A DNA stretch of 64,000 nt. Source: an uncultured Bacteroidales bacterium (GTDB lineage: Bacteria; Bacteroidota; Bacteroidia; Bacteroidales; FEN-979). Shown here in pieces: positions 17,007 through 26,993 of this stretch. Position numbers and translations under genes: made by a program. The stretch is taken from NCBI GenBank assembly GCA_903916595.1, contig CAIWXI010000049.1, forward strand, positions 23,396-87,395, given 5' to 3'. Positions within the stretch are counted from its first letter, which is position 1; every line of letters starts with the position of its first letter. The notes below the pieces were generated by a model. The model was not told the origin of the DNA and ran no database searches. It saw only the letters and a program-made list of their open reading frames with translations.

Positions 17007-19121
17007 ATGAAAAAACTTATTCTGCTTGCGCTGATATCTCTCCTGAACCTTGCCCTGTTTGCCGGAACCGTCACCAAAACATATCACTTCGGCAAAGTCA
17101 TTATTAAGAGCAACGGGAACTACCAGACACTTTCTTTCGAAAATACACTGTTGTCGGGCAATCCCGGTGAACCTATGATGCCCTGGGCCGCTGTATCGCT
17201 TATGCTGCCCCCGGGTGAATCTGCAACAGGTATTCAGATGCAAACATCAGGATTCGTGGAAATACAGGGATCTTTTCTGATACAGCCTCAACAGGATATC
17301 AGTCCGATTTCAAAAGGCAATAATGGGAAATTTCTGAAAAATGAAGCTGTTTACAGCTCCTCATCAACATATCCCCTTGTGAATACCGGGAATCTTAACA
17401 CTTCCTGGCTTAACGGATATGCCTTTGCCCTTTGCACTTTTACTCCAATGGTATATTACCCTTCGCTTCAGAAAGCCGGATATTATTCAGAAATAACCAT
17501 TACTATTACTACCGAAAAATCGGCTGCCTCGGCCGAAGCGCTGAAAAACCTTTCGCCATCCCTGAAAGTATTGAACAGGGTGCAGCAGTTTGCACAAAAC
17601 CCTGATCTCATCAACCGTTATCCTCAGAAAAAAAGCGCCGCTACCGGGTATCAGGTCCTTATCGTCACAAAACAGGCTTTCTCGTCGGGGTTTGCTCCTC
17701 TCACTGCCCTGTATGATTCTCTGGGGATCACCTGGCAGATAGCTACCGTTGAAAATATCTCCGCCGCAATGAGTGGCGCCGACACCCAGGAAAAAATCAG
17801 GAATTTCATTCAGCAGGAATACCAGCAGAACGGCATTGAATATGCCATGCTTGGTGGTGATGTGGAAATTGTTCCACACCGCAATTTTTACTGCTCTGTA
17901 CTTTCCGGTGGCAGTTATTATACAGCTTTTGATATCCCTTCCGACCTTTACTATTCGGGCATGGACGGCAATTACGATGCGAACAATAACGGGATTTATG
18001 CTGAAGTAGATGATGTTGCTGATCTGCTCCCCGATGTTTCTGTTGGAAGGCTTCCTTTCAGCACAGCTCAGGAACAAACCAACATCATTCATAAAACGAT
18101 CTGGTACAGGGCTCATCAGAAGGCCAACGAACAGGCCCGGCCACTTCTGGCAGCTGAATTTATGGATCAGGGAACGATGACTTTCGGGCAGGATTATCTG
18201 GAACTGATGGTGAACGATCGTACCGACAATGGCTATTTCACTCACGGCATTCCTTCCGCCTCAAACTCTATCGACAGGTTGTACGATACTCTGACCAGCC
18301 CTGTAGGCCCCACTCTTTACGAATGGACTACTTCTGAACTGCTGGCGAGGATAAACCATGGCCCTTCGTTTATTCATCATGCCGGCCATGCTAATGAAGT
18401 TTATGTGATGAAGCTTTATATCAGCGATATCACCAATGCAAATTTCTTTGCCCTGAACGGGGTCACTCATAATTATACCTTGATGTATACTCACGGATGT
18501 GACTGTGGGGCTTTCGACGCCAACGACTGTATCGCCGAAAGGATGGTGCTGATCCAGAATTTCCTTGCCGGCGGTGTTTTCAATTCCAGATATGGATGGT
18601 TTGACCAGGGGACTACCGAAGGTCCTTCGGCCCATCTGAACCGTGAATTCGTAAGCGCTTTGTATAACGACACTCTGGCTAACCAGATCCATGAACTGGG
18701 TTCAGCTCATCTGATGTCGAAAGTAAAAACAGCTCCATGGGTTACTGTTCCTAACGAATTTGAACCGGGAGCCCAACGCTGGTGTCATTATGATTGTAAT
18801 GTACTTGGCGACCCTGTGCTTTGGGTGTTCACCGAGAATATCCCGGTAGGTATACAAGATAAATCGCAGGAGGTCTCTCTTACAGTGTATCCGAATCCCT
18901 GCAGCGGCAAAGTCACCCTGAAATCCACTTCAATCAGGGCATCAAAAGTAAATCTCTCTTTGATTAATACCTTCGGACAGATTGTAGGAACCTGGGAAAA
19001 TATGAATCTGTCTGACCCTCAGTCACTTACGCTTAGTCTGCCTCAGCTTCCTTCAGGCGTATACTCCCTTGAAGCTTATGGTCCTGATTTTAAAACAAAC
19101 ATTAAACTGATCATCAGATAA
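17007..19121 (+). CDS. C25 (gingipain-like) cysteine peptidase with a T9SS CTD
   Basis: Signal peptide and N-terminal C25 propeptide-like region. Catalytic-type contexts HAGHANE (His) and YTHGCDCGAFD (Cys). CTD (VYPNPCSGKVTL...GVYSLEAYGPDFKTNIKLIIR). Confidence 0.8.
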   Translation: MKKLILLALISLLNLALFAGTVTKTYHFGKVIIKSNGNYQTLSFENTLLSGNPGEPMMPWAAVSLMLPPGESATGIQMQTSGFVEIQGSFLIQPQQDISPISKGNNGKFLKNEAVYSSSSTYPLVNTGNLNTSWLNGYAFALCTFTPMVYYPSLQKAGYYSEITITITTEKSAASAEALKNLSPSLKVLNRVQQFAQNPDLINRYPQKKSAATGYQVLIVTKQAFSSGFAPLTALYDSLGITWQIATVENISAAMSGADTQEKIRNFIQQEYQQNGIEYAMLGGDVEIVPHRNFYCSVLSGGSYYTAFDIPSDLYYSGMDGNYDANNNGIYAEVDDVADLLPDVSVGRLPFSTAQEQTNIIHKTIWYRAHQKANEQARPLLAAEFMDQGTMTFGQDYLELMVNDRTDNGYFTHGIPSASNSIDRLYDTLTSPVGPTLYEWTTSELLARINHGPSFIHHAGHANEVYVMKLYISDITNANFFALNGVTHNYTLMYTHGCDCGAFDANDCIAERMVLIQNFLAGGVFNSRYGWFDQGTTEGPSAHLNREFVSALYNDTLANQIHELGSAHLMSKVKTAPWVTVPNEFEPGAQRWCHYDCNVLGDPVLWVFTENIPVGIQDKSQEVSLTVYPNPCSGKVTLKSTSIRASKVNLSLINTFGQIVGTWENMNLSDPQSLTLSLPQLPSGVYSLEAYGPDFKTNIKLIIR

Positions 19122-19131
19122 ATCGCAAAAC

Positions 19132-22125
19132 ATGAAGAAACATTTATTTATTCTTGCCTCCCTGATTCTTACAGCATTTTCGCTGAGTGCAGAAAATTTT
19201 ACATACAGCAACAGCTGGGGTAAACAGGGTTTTAACCTTATCCAGTCAAAATCGGATGTGATACAGCTCGTGTATTCCATTCAGAATTTCTCTGTCGACC
19301 CTGTGGTCATCAACGGACAATCCTTGAAAAAAGTGAACCTTCCGGGAAACTTTCTTTTCAATGATGCAGGCAAGCCTGACCTTCCCGGAACCGGACATTA
19401 TCTTGCAATTCCCCAGGGCTCTGCTCCCCGTTTAAGGATTGTTGACTTTGAAATGGAAACCATTCATGGAGTCGATCTTGCATGGGCGCCCGAACTGCCC
19501 ATGGATACCCAGAAAGACATGGTTTACAACAAAGACCAGCAGGTCTACAGCGCCAACGCTTTTTATCCTGAAAGCCCGGTACAGATCTCAGGAGTGGACC
19601 AGATTCGCGGTACCGACGTGGTTATCCTTGGAATCACCCCCTTCCAGTACAACCCCGTTACAAAGGAACTGAAGGTGTACAGGAACATAAAGATCGATCT
19701 CACTTTCGAGGGAGGTAGCGGCAAATTTGGTAACGATGCTTTCCGCAGTCAGTACTGGGATCCCATCATGGCCGACAATATTCTGAATTTCTCAAGCCTT
19801 CCTTCAGTGAACTATCCCGAACGTATGGCCAACCTCAGGAACACCAATAAACCCGCAACCGATGAATGTGAATATATCATCATCAGCCCTAACGGACCTG
19901 ATTTTCTGAGGTGGGCCGACAGTCTGAAGAACTGGCGTAACCAGCAGGGTATCCTCACCAAAGTTTTCTCTCTGGCTCAGGTTGGCGGAAATACCGAAGC
20001 TCTCATCAAAAGCTTTGTAAGCAATGCATACAACAACTGGACGATTAAACCTGTTGCCTGTTTGTTGCTTGGTGATTATGGAACGGATGCCTCCAAAAAC
20101 ATTACCTCACATCTTTATTCACATCCCGCGGGCTATCCCAATTTCGCTTCCGATAATTATTATTCTGACTTTACCGGCGACGAGATGCCTGACGTTGTTT
20201 TTGCCCGAATTGCCGCAAATGATTCGGTGCAGCTTCGTAAAATGGTTGGACGTCAACTGAATTTCGAGAGAAACCGTCCGGTCGATACAAGCTATTACAA
20301 ACATCCTATTTCTGCTCTCGGATGGCAGGATGACCGCTGGTTCCAGCTGTGTTCTGAACTCGTTGGAGGGTTCTGGAAAAATAAACTCGGGAAACATGTA
20401 ATCAGGATCAACGCCCTGGGTTCCCCGGCAAATAACTACAACAACGGTCCCTGGTCAACAGCTTCCAATACCAATACGGTAATGAATTATTTCGGTCCTT
20501 CTGGTTTGAATTATATCCCAACCATCCCTGGCACTATCGGAGGATTTACAGGCGGGACTGCCACCATGATCAATGCCGCCATCAACAGCGGGTCATTCCT
20601 GTTACTTCACAGAGATCACGGATATTATTCAGGATGGGGAGAGCCAGCTTACGCCTCGGGTAACGTTAGTCAGTTAACCAATACCCTTCTTCCTTTTGTG
20701 TTCTCCATCAATTGCGAAACCGGCGCCTACCATAATCCTTCAGGTTGCCCTGCCGAATGTTTTCAGGAAGTCTTTCAGCGCCTTTATAAAAACGGTCACG
20801 ATGCCGGCGCTCTTGGCCTGGTATGCCCGAGCGAAACTTCTTATTCTTTTGTAAACGATGTTTTCGTATGGGGAGCCTTCGATAATATGTGGCCTGAGTT
20901 TATGCCCTCATATGGTTCAAATCCCGCTTCCAGAGGCATCCTTCCTGCCTTTGCGAATGCTGCCGGAAAATATTTCCTGAAACAGTCCAGCTGGCCGTAC
21001 AACACCAGCGACAAACAGGTTACATACCGTTTATTCCATATGCATGGCGATGCTTTTTTGCAGCTTGCCGATACTGTACCCATCAATCTGACAGTAAACC
21101 ATGCCGATACCATTAGCATGGGTACCACAACTGTCAATATCACGGCTAACGACAGCGCTTTCATCGCCCTTTCGGTGAATAATGAGATCATTGCAACAGC
21201 TTTCGGAAGCGCTTCAGGCCCGGTATCAATTACCATTCCGGATCTCCCTGATGGAACACAGATCCTGGTCGTGGCCACAAAACAGGATTTTAACCGCCAC
21301 ACATCACATATTCTGGTACTGCAGCTGCCTCTTGCTGCTGAATTTACGGCCAGCGCTACCGAAGTTTGCGTCGGTTCTCCGCTTAACTTTACAGATCTTT
21401 CTACCGGTGCTCCTACCGCCTGGGAATGGACTTTACAGGGCGGCACACCGGCAACATCCACCGATCAGAACCCGGCAGGGGTAGTGTATGCCGCGGCCGG
21501 CTCTTACGATGTAAGCCTTACCGTCACAAAATCAGGCCAAAGCCCCAGCACTACAACAAAGACCGCCTATATCAATGTATATGAGCAGCCTGTTGCAGCC
21601 TTTACAAGCAGCGGATCCTATGCCGGTTCACCTACTTCATTCACCGATCAGACGGTCCACCCGGGATCCACTATTATTGGTTGGTTATGGAATTTCGGTG
21701 ATCCTACATCCGGGTCCAGCAATACTTCTACCCAGCAGAACCCAACCCATACGTATTATGCACACGACACTTATGCCGTGACACTGCAAATTCAGACCAC
21801 GGGCGGTTGTGTCGATTCAACAACGACTGATGTGGTTATAAATTTCCCGGTCAGTATCAACGATATCAATGCCCTTGGTTTTGATATCTTCCCCAACCCC
21901 TCAAACGGTAAATTCACCATCACTTTCAATTCCCGTGCGGCTGTTGCGGTAACAATCAACGTGTTCAATTCACTGGGCACAACGCTGTATTCCGAAAAAG
22001 ACCTTCAGGTCAATGGCCGATTCAGCAAGCTTGTTGACTTCACAGGGAAACCAGCAGGAATCTATTATATCAAGATCGAAAGCGAAGCCGGATCTGTAGT
22101 ACGGAAACTGGTGCTCGGAAAGTAA
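19132..22125 (+). CDS. C25-family cysteine peptidase with two PKD domains and a T9SS CTD
   Basis: LLLHRDHGYYSGWGEP (His) and VFSINCETGAY (Cys) contexts. Two PKD repeats (WEWTLQGGTPATS...YDVSLTV; WLWNFGDP...YAVTLQI). CTD (IFPNPSNGKFTITF...GIYYIKIESEAGSVVRKLVLGK). Begins 10 nt after the preceding gene. Confidence 0.8.
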   Translation: MKKHLFILASLILTAFSLSAENFTYSNSWGKQGFNLIQSKSDVIQLVYSIQNFSVDPVVINGQSLKKVNLPGNFLFNDAGKPDLPGTGHYLAIPQGSAPRLRIVDFEMETIHGVDLAWAPELPMDTQKDMVYNKDQQVYSANAFYPESPVQISGVDQIRGTDVVILGITPFQYNPVTKELKVYRNIKIDLTFEGGSGKFGNDAFRSQYWDPIMADNILNFSSLPSVNYPERMANLRNTNKPATDECEYIIISPNGPDFLRWADSLKNWRNQQGILTKVFSLAQVGGNTEALIKSFVSNAYNNWTIKPVACLLLGDYGTDASKNITSHLYSHPAGYPNFASDNYYSDFTGDEMPDVVFARIAANDSVQLRKMVGRQLNFERNRPVDTSYYKHPISALGWQDDRWFQLCSELVGGFWKNKLGKHVIRINALGSPANNYNNGPWSTASNTNTVMNYFGPSGLNYIPTIPGTIGGFTGGTATMINAAINSGSFLLLHRDHGYYSGWGEPAYASGNVSQLTNTLLPFVFSINCETGAYHNPSGCPAECFQEVFQRLYKNGHDAGALGLVCPSETSYSFVNDVFVWGAFDNMWPEFMPSYGSNPASRGILPAFANAAGKYFLKQSSWPYNTSDKQVTYRLFHMHGDAFLQLADTVPINLTVNHADTISMGTTTVNITANDSAFIALSVNNEIIATAFGSASGPVSITIPDLPDGTQILVVATKQDFNRHTSHILVLQLPLAAEFTASATEVCVGSPLNFTDLSTGAPTAWEWTLQGGTPATSTDQNPAGVVYAAAGSYDVSLTVTKSGQSPSTTTKTAYINVYEQPVAAFTSSGSYAGSPTSFTDQTVHPGSTIIGWLWNFGDPTSGSSNTSTQQNPTHTYYAHDTYAVTLQIQTTGGCVDSTTTDVVINFPVSINDINALGFDIFPNPSNGKFTITFNSRAAVAVTINVFNSLGTTLYSEKDLQVNGRFSKLVDFTGKPAGIYYIKIESEAGSVVRKLVLGK

Positions 22126-22136
22126 TTGAGAATATG

Positions 22137-22177
22137 TGTAACGTATTACCTGATAGGTGATACGTTACATTTTTTTA
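22137..22177 (+). terminator. intrinsic terminator after the second C25 gene
   Basis: TGTAACGTA-(15 nt)-TACGTTACA followed by T7. The hairpin overlaps the convergent corC stop. Confidence 0.7.
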
Positions 22178-23463
22178 ATAATAAGCTTATCTATTCGGTT
22201 TCCGTCGAGATCGACTATCTCGAACTCATAATCCATAAAAACGAATTTCTCACCCGGCTTGGGGATGCGTTTGAGAATGCTTATGGCAAGGCCGGCCAGG
22301 GTGTTGAATTTTATCCTTGACTTGTCGAAGCCCTGCAGGTTGAATTCATAAGCAAATTCGTAGAACGACATCTGTCCGTCGGCAAGCCAGCTGCCGTCGT
22401 CCCTGATATTAATCTGAGGCTCATCGGGATCAGGTTCGTTGAAATCACCTACAATTGCCTCAAGTATATCATTCAGCGTTACCATCCCTACAATCGAACC
22501 GTATTCATCGACCACCAGTCCGTAATGGATCTTGTTTTCCTTGAAAAGCTCCAGCGACTCATAGGCCGTAAGCGTTTCCAGAACCAGCTGTGCAGGCCGG
22601 GTATATTCCTTCAGATTCAAATCCGCATCGGGCTTGGAATGTAAAAAAAGATCCTTGATATACACCACCCCCAGAACATTGTCGAGATCATCGTGGCATA
22701 CAGGGTAAACCGAATGAACCTCTTCCCTCATTTTTTTCCATATCTCAGAAAGGTGTTCGTTCACATCGAGCCAGATGATATCGGAATAATGCGTCATAAG
22801 CGAAGCAATTTTCTGATCGCCAAGATGAAACACCCGTTCCACGATATCCTGCTCTATCTCCTGAACTTCCCCGTCGTCGGTGCCTTCCTGAACCATCGCA
22901 CGAATCTCTTCTTCTGTAACTTTTGAATCGGCGGATGGCTTTATCCCAAGAATTCCGATAATCAGGTCGCTTAACCTGGTAAGCAGCCAGGTAACCGGTT
23001 GAATTACATACGAAATAGCGACAATAGGCCGTATCATTACTTTGGAAATGCCTTCGCTCTTGATAAGCCCGATACGTTTTGGCACAAGTTCCCCTATAAG
23101 CATAGATACCAGGGTTACAACCAATACGACCAGAGAAAGGGCAAGAGATTTTGCAACAGTTGCAGAAACACCCGAGGAGATCAGCAGTGACGCAACGCCC
23201 TCGGATATCCCGGCCCCGCTGAAAACCCCGGTAAGGATTCCGATGAGGGTAATGGCAATTTGAAAAGTAGAGAGGATGCGGGCCGGTTTATTGAGCTGGT
23301 CAAGAGCTACACGCGCTCCTTTATGGCCCGATTGTGCATCCAGCTCCAGCCTGGTCTTGCGTGACGAAACCATTGCGATCTCGGTCATCACGAAGACGCC
23401 GTTGATGAGGAAAAGAGCGAAGAGAATGAATATTTCTGCTATCATACCTTGAATGTTTGCCAT
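22165..23463 (-). CDS. CNNM/CorC-HlyC family membrane protein (DUF21-CBS pair-CorC_HlyC)
   Basis: Four N-terminal TM helices, a tandem CBS region and a C-terminal transporter-associated domain, 432 aa. GldE-type naming is not justified without gldD context. Confidence 0.8.
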   Translation of the reverse strand: MANIQGMIAEIFILFALFLINGVFVMTEIAMVSSRKTRLELDAQSGHKGARVALDQLNKPARILSTFQIAITLIGILTGVFSGAGISEGVASLLISSGVSATVAKSLALSLVVLVVTLVSMLIGELVPKRIGLIKSEGISKVMIRPIVAISYVIQPVTWLLTRLSDLIIGILGIKPSADSKVTEEEIRAMVQEGTDDGEVQEIEQDIVERVFHLGDQKIASLMTHYSDIIWLDVNEHLSEIWKKMREEVHSVYPVCHDDLDNVLGVVYIKDLFLHSKPDADLNLKEYTRPAQLVLETLTAYESLELFKENKIHYGLVVDEYGSIVGMVTLNDILEAIVGDFNEPDPDEPQINIRDDGSWLADGQMSFYEFAYEFNLQGFDKSRIKFNTLAGLAISILKRIPKPGEKFVFMDYEFEIVDLDGNRIDKLIIKKM

Positions 23464-23499
23464 CTGCCATCTGATATCAGATATCAGATATCAGATACA
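23458..23499. repeat. six phased heptamers TGCCATC TGCCATC TGATATC AGATATC AGATATC AGATACA
   Basis: Read directly. Includes the corC start codon (23461-23463) and fills its leader. Confidence 0.9.
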
Positions 23500-23504
23500 T
23501 TTTC

Positions 23505-23512
23505 CAAAGATA
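23505..23512 (-). promoter_or_regulatory. -7 box TAtcTTTG for corC-like gene
   Basis: The plus strand reads CAAAGATA. 41 nt upstream of ATG 23463. Confidence 0.5.
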
Positions 23513-23538
23513 CGCATTCCCCGGGCAAAAATGTTCCG

Positions 23539-23546
23539 TACCTTTG
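23539..23546 (+). promoter_or_regulatory. -7 box TAccTTTG for the BNR-protein gene
   Basis: 21 nt upstream of ATG 23568. Confidence 0.5.
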
Positions 23547-23567
23547 TTTATGGTGATTCCCTGCAAT

Positions 23568-26500
23568 ATGAAGACCCTTTATCATATTATCATCCTGAGC
23601 TTGTTTTTCCTCCCGGCCGCCCTGGCCCAGAGGCTGTCAAGCCTTCCTGAAATAACTCCTGCCGGGAAAGGAATTGTAGTTCCTTATGCCGATAACATCA
23701 GTTACTGGAAAGAAATGCTGAGGCAGGGGTACGTGAAACCTCAGAAAATATTTCCGTGGACAGCTCCAAAACCCGTTTCCTCTCTGATCCACTCTGCAGC
23801 TCTGCCTGCTCAGGATTCGCCAGATGTGCCGGTCACCACGAATACAGAAGTTACCCAGAGCGAAAATTCTGTGTTCATCGACCCTGAGAATGAAGATAAT
23901 GTACTGAATTCGAACAATTCTTCAGACTGGTACCAGTCTTATGTTCATAGCTCTTTTGGTGCAGATGCTTACCGGTCTTCCGATGCCGGACTGAGCTGGG
24001 GAGGTTCCTTCGAGGGAGCAGGAAAGACCAACAGCGGGGATCCCACAACGGCCATCAGCAGAAACGGAAGATGGTATGTTGGCAAGATCAGCAATACGTT
24101 CGGGCAAACCGTGGCGTACAGCGACAACCATGGATTTACATGGCATGATGTGCTGGTAGCCCCGGGGCCAGTGAATGTTTACGGCCTGCTCGATAAGAAC
24201 CATATGTGGATCGACAACTCTGAAAACAGTCCATTCCAGGGCAACGTGTATGTAGCATGGACCAATTTCATCAGCGGTTCGCCCGACACCAGCCAGGTAG
24301 AGGTTTCGGCCAGCAACGACGGAGGGCTTCACTGGTTTGCCCCCTATGCCGTGAGCCGGGCCGTGAACGCCGGGAAGCTGAATCATGGGGTGAATATTAC
24401 TACAGGACCAGCCGGTCAGGTTTATATGGCATGGGGCATTTATGACACCTGGCCCTCCGATGAAACCGCCATTGGTTTCACCAGCTCTTTCAACGGTGGC
24501 AGTATCTGGCAACCTTCCCGCCGCATTATCTCAAACATCAAAGGTATACGTAACGGCATGACATCCAAAGCTATGCGGGTAAATTCTTTCCCAAGTATGG
24601 CGGTCGACCTCAGCAAGGGTCCGGGTCGCGGAACGCTATACCTGGTATGGGCCAACACGGGAACCCCGGGCATTAACACCGGCACTGATATCAATGTTTA
24701 TCTTATTAAGTCTGCGGATGACGGAGAAACCTGGTCAGGGCCCGTGAAAGTAAACCAGGACACACCCGGCTTCGGCAAGGAACATTATTTTCCATGGATC
24801 ACGGTCGATGCCGTTACCGGGGGCATCTGCGTGATCTATTATGACGACCGTAACGTATCGGCAACAGAAGCTGAAACCTGGGTTTCATATTCTTACGACG
24901 GCGGAAATAGTTTTACCGATTTCAGAGTGAGCGATGTTTCTTTTACCCCTTCGCCTATCCCCGGACTCGCTTTCAGCTATTTCGGTGATTACATTGGCAT
25001 TCAGTCCCTGAACATGAAGGTCTACCCGGTATGGACCGATAACCGCTTACCCGGCGGACAAACCATGACCTGGACCTCTCCCTTCATCCTCGGTCCGGCG
25101 CCAGGCCAGTCCTGGGTGATGTATTATTCCAACGAGCTGGCCTCCATCGCAACAGGCATGACAAGCCTGCTTAGGTTCGGTGATTCCATTCATCTGAGCC
25201 TTGGAGTAAAAAATATCGGAGACCTTGCTGCCGCCGGTTTGACAGTAAAAGTAACATCGCCATCCCCCTATATCATCATGAGTGATTCAGTGGAACCTTA
25301 TCCCGATATTGCTGCCGGCGGCACTCAGACGGTACAAAACGGATTTGCTTTCAGGGTTTCAGATACTATTCCCGACAACATCAAAGTGAGGTTCAATTTA
25401 GAAGTAAGCAATGCCGACACGGCCTGGAACAGTCATTTTGCAGTGGAATCCCATGCTCCCGCACTGAACATTCTGAGCCTGCACATATATGATACGGCCG
25501 GAGGGAACCGAAACGGCCGGTTCGACCCCGGCGAAACCGATGATGTGATGGTACGTCTAAGCAATACCGGTGATTATCCTTGCCCGGAAGCCTATGGCAA
25601 ACTGCTCGCCAGCTCTCCTTATCTTGAATTAATTAACGACTCGGTTTTTGCCGGTACCCTCAATCCCCTTCAGTTTACCGACCTGCATTACACCGTTAAA
25701 GTGAGCGACTCGGCCCCTACTTCTTCAGGCGCCGCTATGAATGTCGCGGCTGGAAGCGGAAAATACATCCGTCATGCCGCTTTTTATGGTATCATCGGGA
25801 TGGTAGTAGAAGACTGGGAGTCTGATTTATTCACAAAATTTCCCTGGCTTGCCGGGGGTAACACTGCATGGAACATCAGCAGCATTAACCCTTATGAAGG
25901 ATCGTTCTGTGCATTGTCGGGGGTGATCAGCGACCAGCAAAGCTCTCAACTGGCTGTGACGTATACTTCGGCTATGGCCGACAGCATAAGTTTCTACTAC
26001 CGTACTTCGACTGAGCTTGATTATGATTTCCTGAATTTCTATATCGATAATACGTTGCAGGGGCAATGGTCTGGCGTGAATGACTGGTCCAGAGTCTCTT
26101 TCCCTGTTGCCCCTGGAACGCATACATACAAATGGGTTTATGTGAAAGATGAATTTTCGGGCGGGGGATCTGATCAGGCGGGACTTGATTTTATCGTATT
26201 CCCTACTCCCCTTGTACCTGAGATCACCAACGTAAGAGATGCATCCATTTGTGCCGGTACCAGCTTTACACTACAGGCTGAGGCGGCCCTGTACGACTCC
26301 CTCAGGTGGTTTACATACGGCGACGGCAGCTTCAGCAATTCCTCAGACCTCCGTCCGGTTTATACACCTGGAAGTCAGGATATTATTCAGGGCAGCGCCG
26401 CGCTAAGGCTTACAGCTTACAGCAGGTATGGCCGCGGCATCAAAACAATGAGGCTCACCATCGCAGGCCTTCCTCTTGCAGAGATCTCAGTGCTCCCCCG

Positions 26501-26993
26501 GGATACAGCCTGCCATTGGCAGACGATCAGTCTCAGGGCCGACACCGCCGGCGTAGATTCCTATCTCTGGACGCCAGGGAATCTCACAACACCCGAGGTG
26601 ATCGTTGATACTGCTCTTGCCGGGGGCATCGGGACAAAGCTCTTCCGCCTTAAAACCTTTAACACTGCCGGCTGTTTTAAATCAGACTCAGTCTGGATTA
26701 CTTTCATAAACTGCGTTGGCATAGGAGGCATGCCAGAGAGTTTTGCAATAAACATCTACCCTAACCCATCACAGGGAGATTGCACTCTCGAAATTTTTGC
26801 CCCGCTTACCGAATCTATTGGTATTTCTGTAGAAGACCTTCAGCAGAAAATAGTTTTCGAAGAAAATAATGTTAGGGTTTCAGGCCGGATGATTAAATCG
26901 TTTAACTTTGTAAAACTTCCTTCCGGAATGTACATGCTGAAAATACACAGAAAGGACGGAATTTTCTCCAGAAAACTAATGATCAGCAGGTGA
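23568..26993 (+). CDS. large secreted six-Asp-box (BNR/sialidase-fold) protein with a T9SS CTD
   Basis: Start moved to ATG 23568 (MKTLYHIIILSLFFLPAALA-Q signal peptide) because the track TTG lies inside a TAccTTTG box. Asp-boxes: SDAGLSW, SDNHGFTW, SNDGGLHW, SFNGGSIW, SADDGETW, SYDGGNSF. CTD (IYPNPSQGDCTLEIF...GMYMLKIHRKDGIFSRKLMISR). Confidence 0.75.
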   Translation: MKTLYHIIILSLFFLPAALAQRLSSLPEITPAGKGIVVPYADNISYWKEMLRQGYVKPQKIFPWTAPKPVSSLIHSAALPAQDSPDVPVTTNTEVTQSENSVFIDPENEDNVLNSNNSSDWYQSYVHSSFGADAYRSSDAGLSWGGSFEGAGKTNSGDPTTAISRNGRWYVGKISNTFGQTVAYSDNHGFTWHDVLVAPGPVNVYGLLDKNHMWIDNSENSPFQGNVYVAWTNFISGSPDTSQVEVSASNDGGLHWFAPYAVSRAVNAGKLNHGVNITTGPAGQVYMAWGIYDTWPSDETAIGFTSSFNGGSIWQPSRRIISNIKGIRNGMTSKAMRVNSFPSMAVDLSKGPGRGTLYLVWANTGTPGINTGTDINVYLIKSADDGETWSGPVKVNQDTPGFGKEHYFPWITVDAVTGGICVIYYDDRNVSATEAETWVSYSYDGGNSFTDFRVSDVSFTPSPIPGLAFSYFGDYIGIQSLNMKVYPVWTDNRLPGGQTMTWTSPFILGPAPGQSWVMYYSNELASIATGMTSLLRFGDSIHLSLGVKNIGDLAAAGLTVKVTSPSPYIIMSDSVEPYPDIAAGGTQTVQNGFAFRVSDTIPDNIKVRFNLEVSNADTAWNSHFAVESHAPALNILSLHIYDTAGGNRNGRFDPGETDDVMVRLSNTGDYPCPEAYGKLLASSPYLELINDSVFAGTLNPLQFTDLHYTVKVSDSAPTSSGAAMNVAAGSGKYIRHAAFYGIIGMVVEDWESDLFTKFPWLAGGNTAWNISSINPYEGSFCALSGVISDQQSSQLAVTYTSAMADSISFYYRTSTELDYDFLNFYIDNTLQGQWSGVNDWSRVSFPVAPGTHTYKWVYVKDEFSGGGSDQAGLDFIVFPTPLVPEITNVRDASICAGTSFTLQAEAALYDSLRWFTYGDGSFSNSSDLRPVYTPGSQDIIQGSAALRLTAYSRYGRGIKTMRLTIAGLPLAEISVLPRDTACHWQTISLRADTAGVDSYLWTPGNLTTPEVIVDTALAGGIGTKLFRLKTFNTAGCFKSDSVWITFINCVGIGGMPESFAINIYPNPSQGDCTLEIFAPLTESIGISVEDLQQKIVFEENNVRVSGRMIKSFNFVKLPSGMYMLKIHRKDGIFSRKLMISR

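Noticed and set aside
22165-23463. Naming the CorC/HlyC-family gene gldE (gliding motility).
   Set aside because: The family and size fit, but no gldD or other gliding genes are adjacent. The generic CNNM/CorC call is kept.
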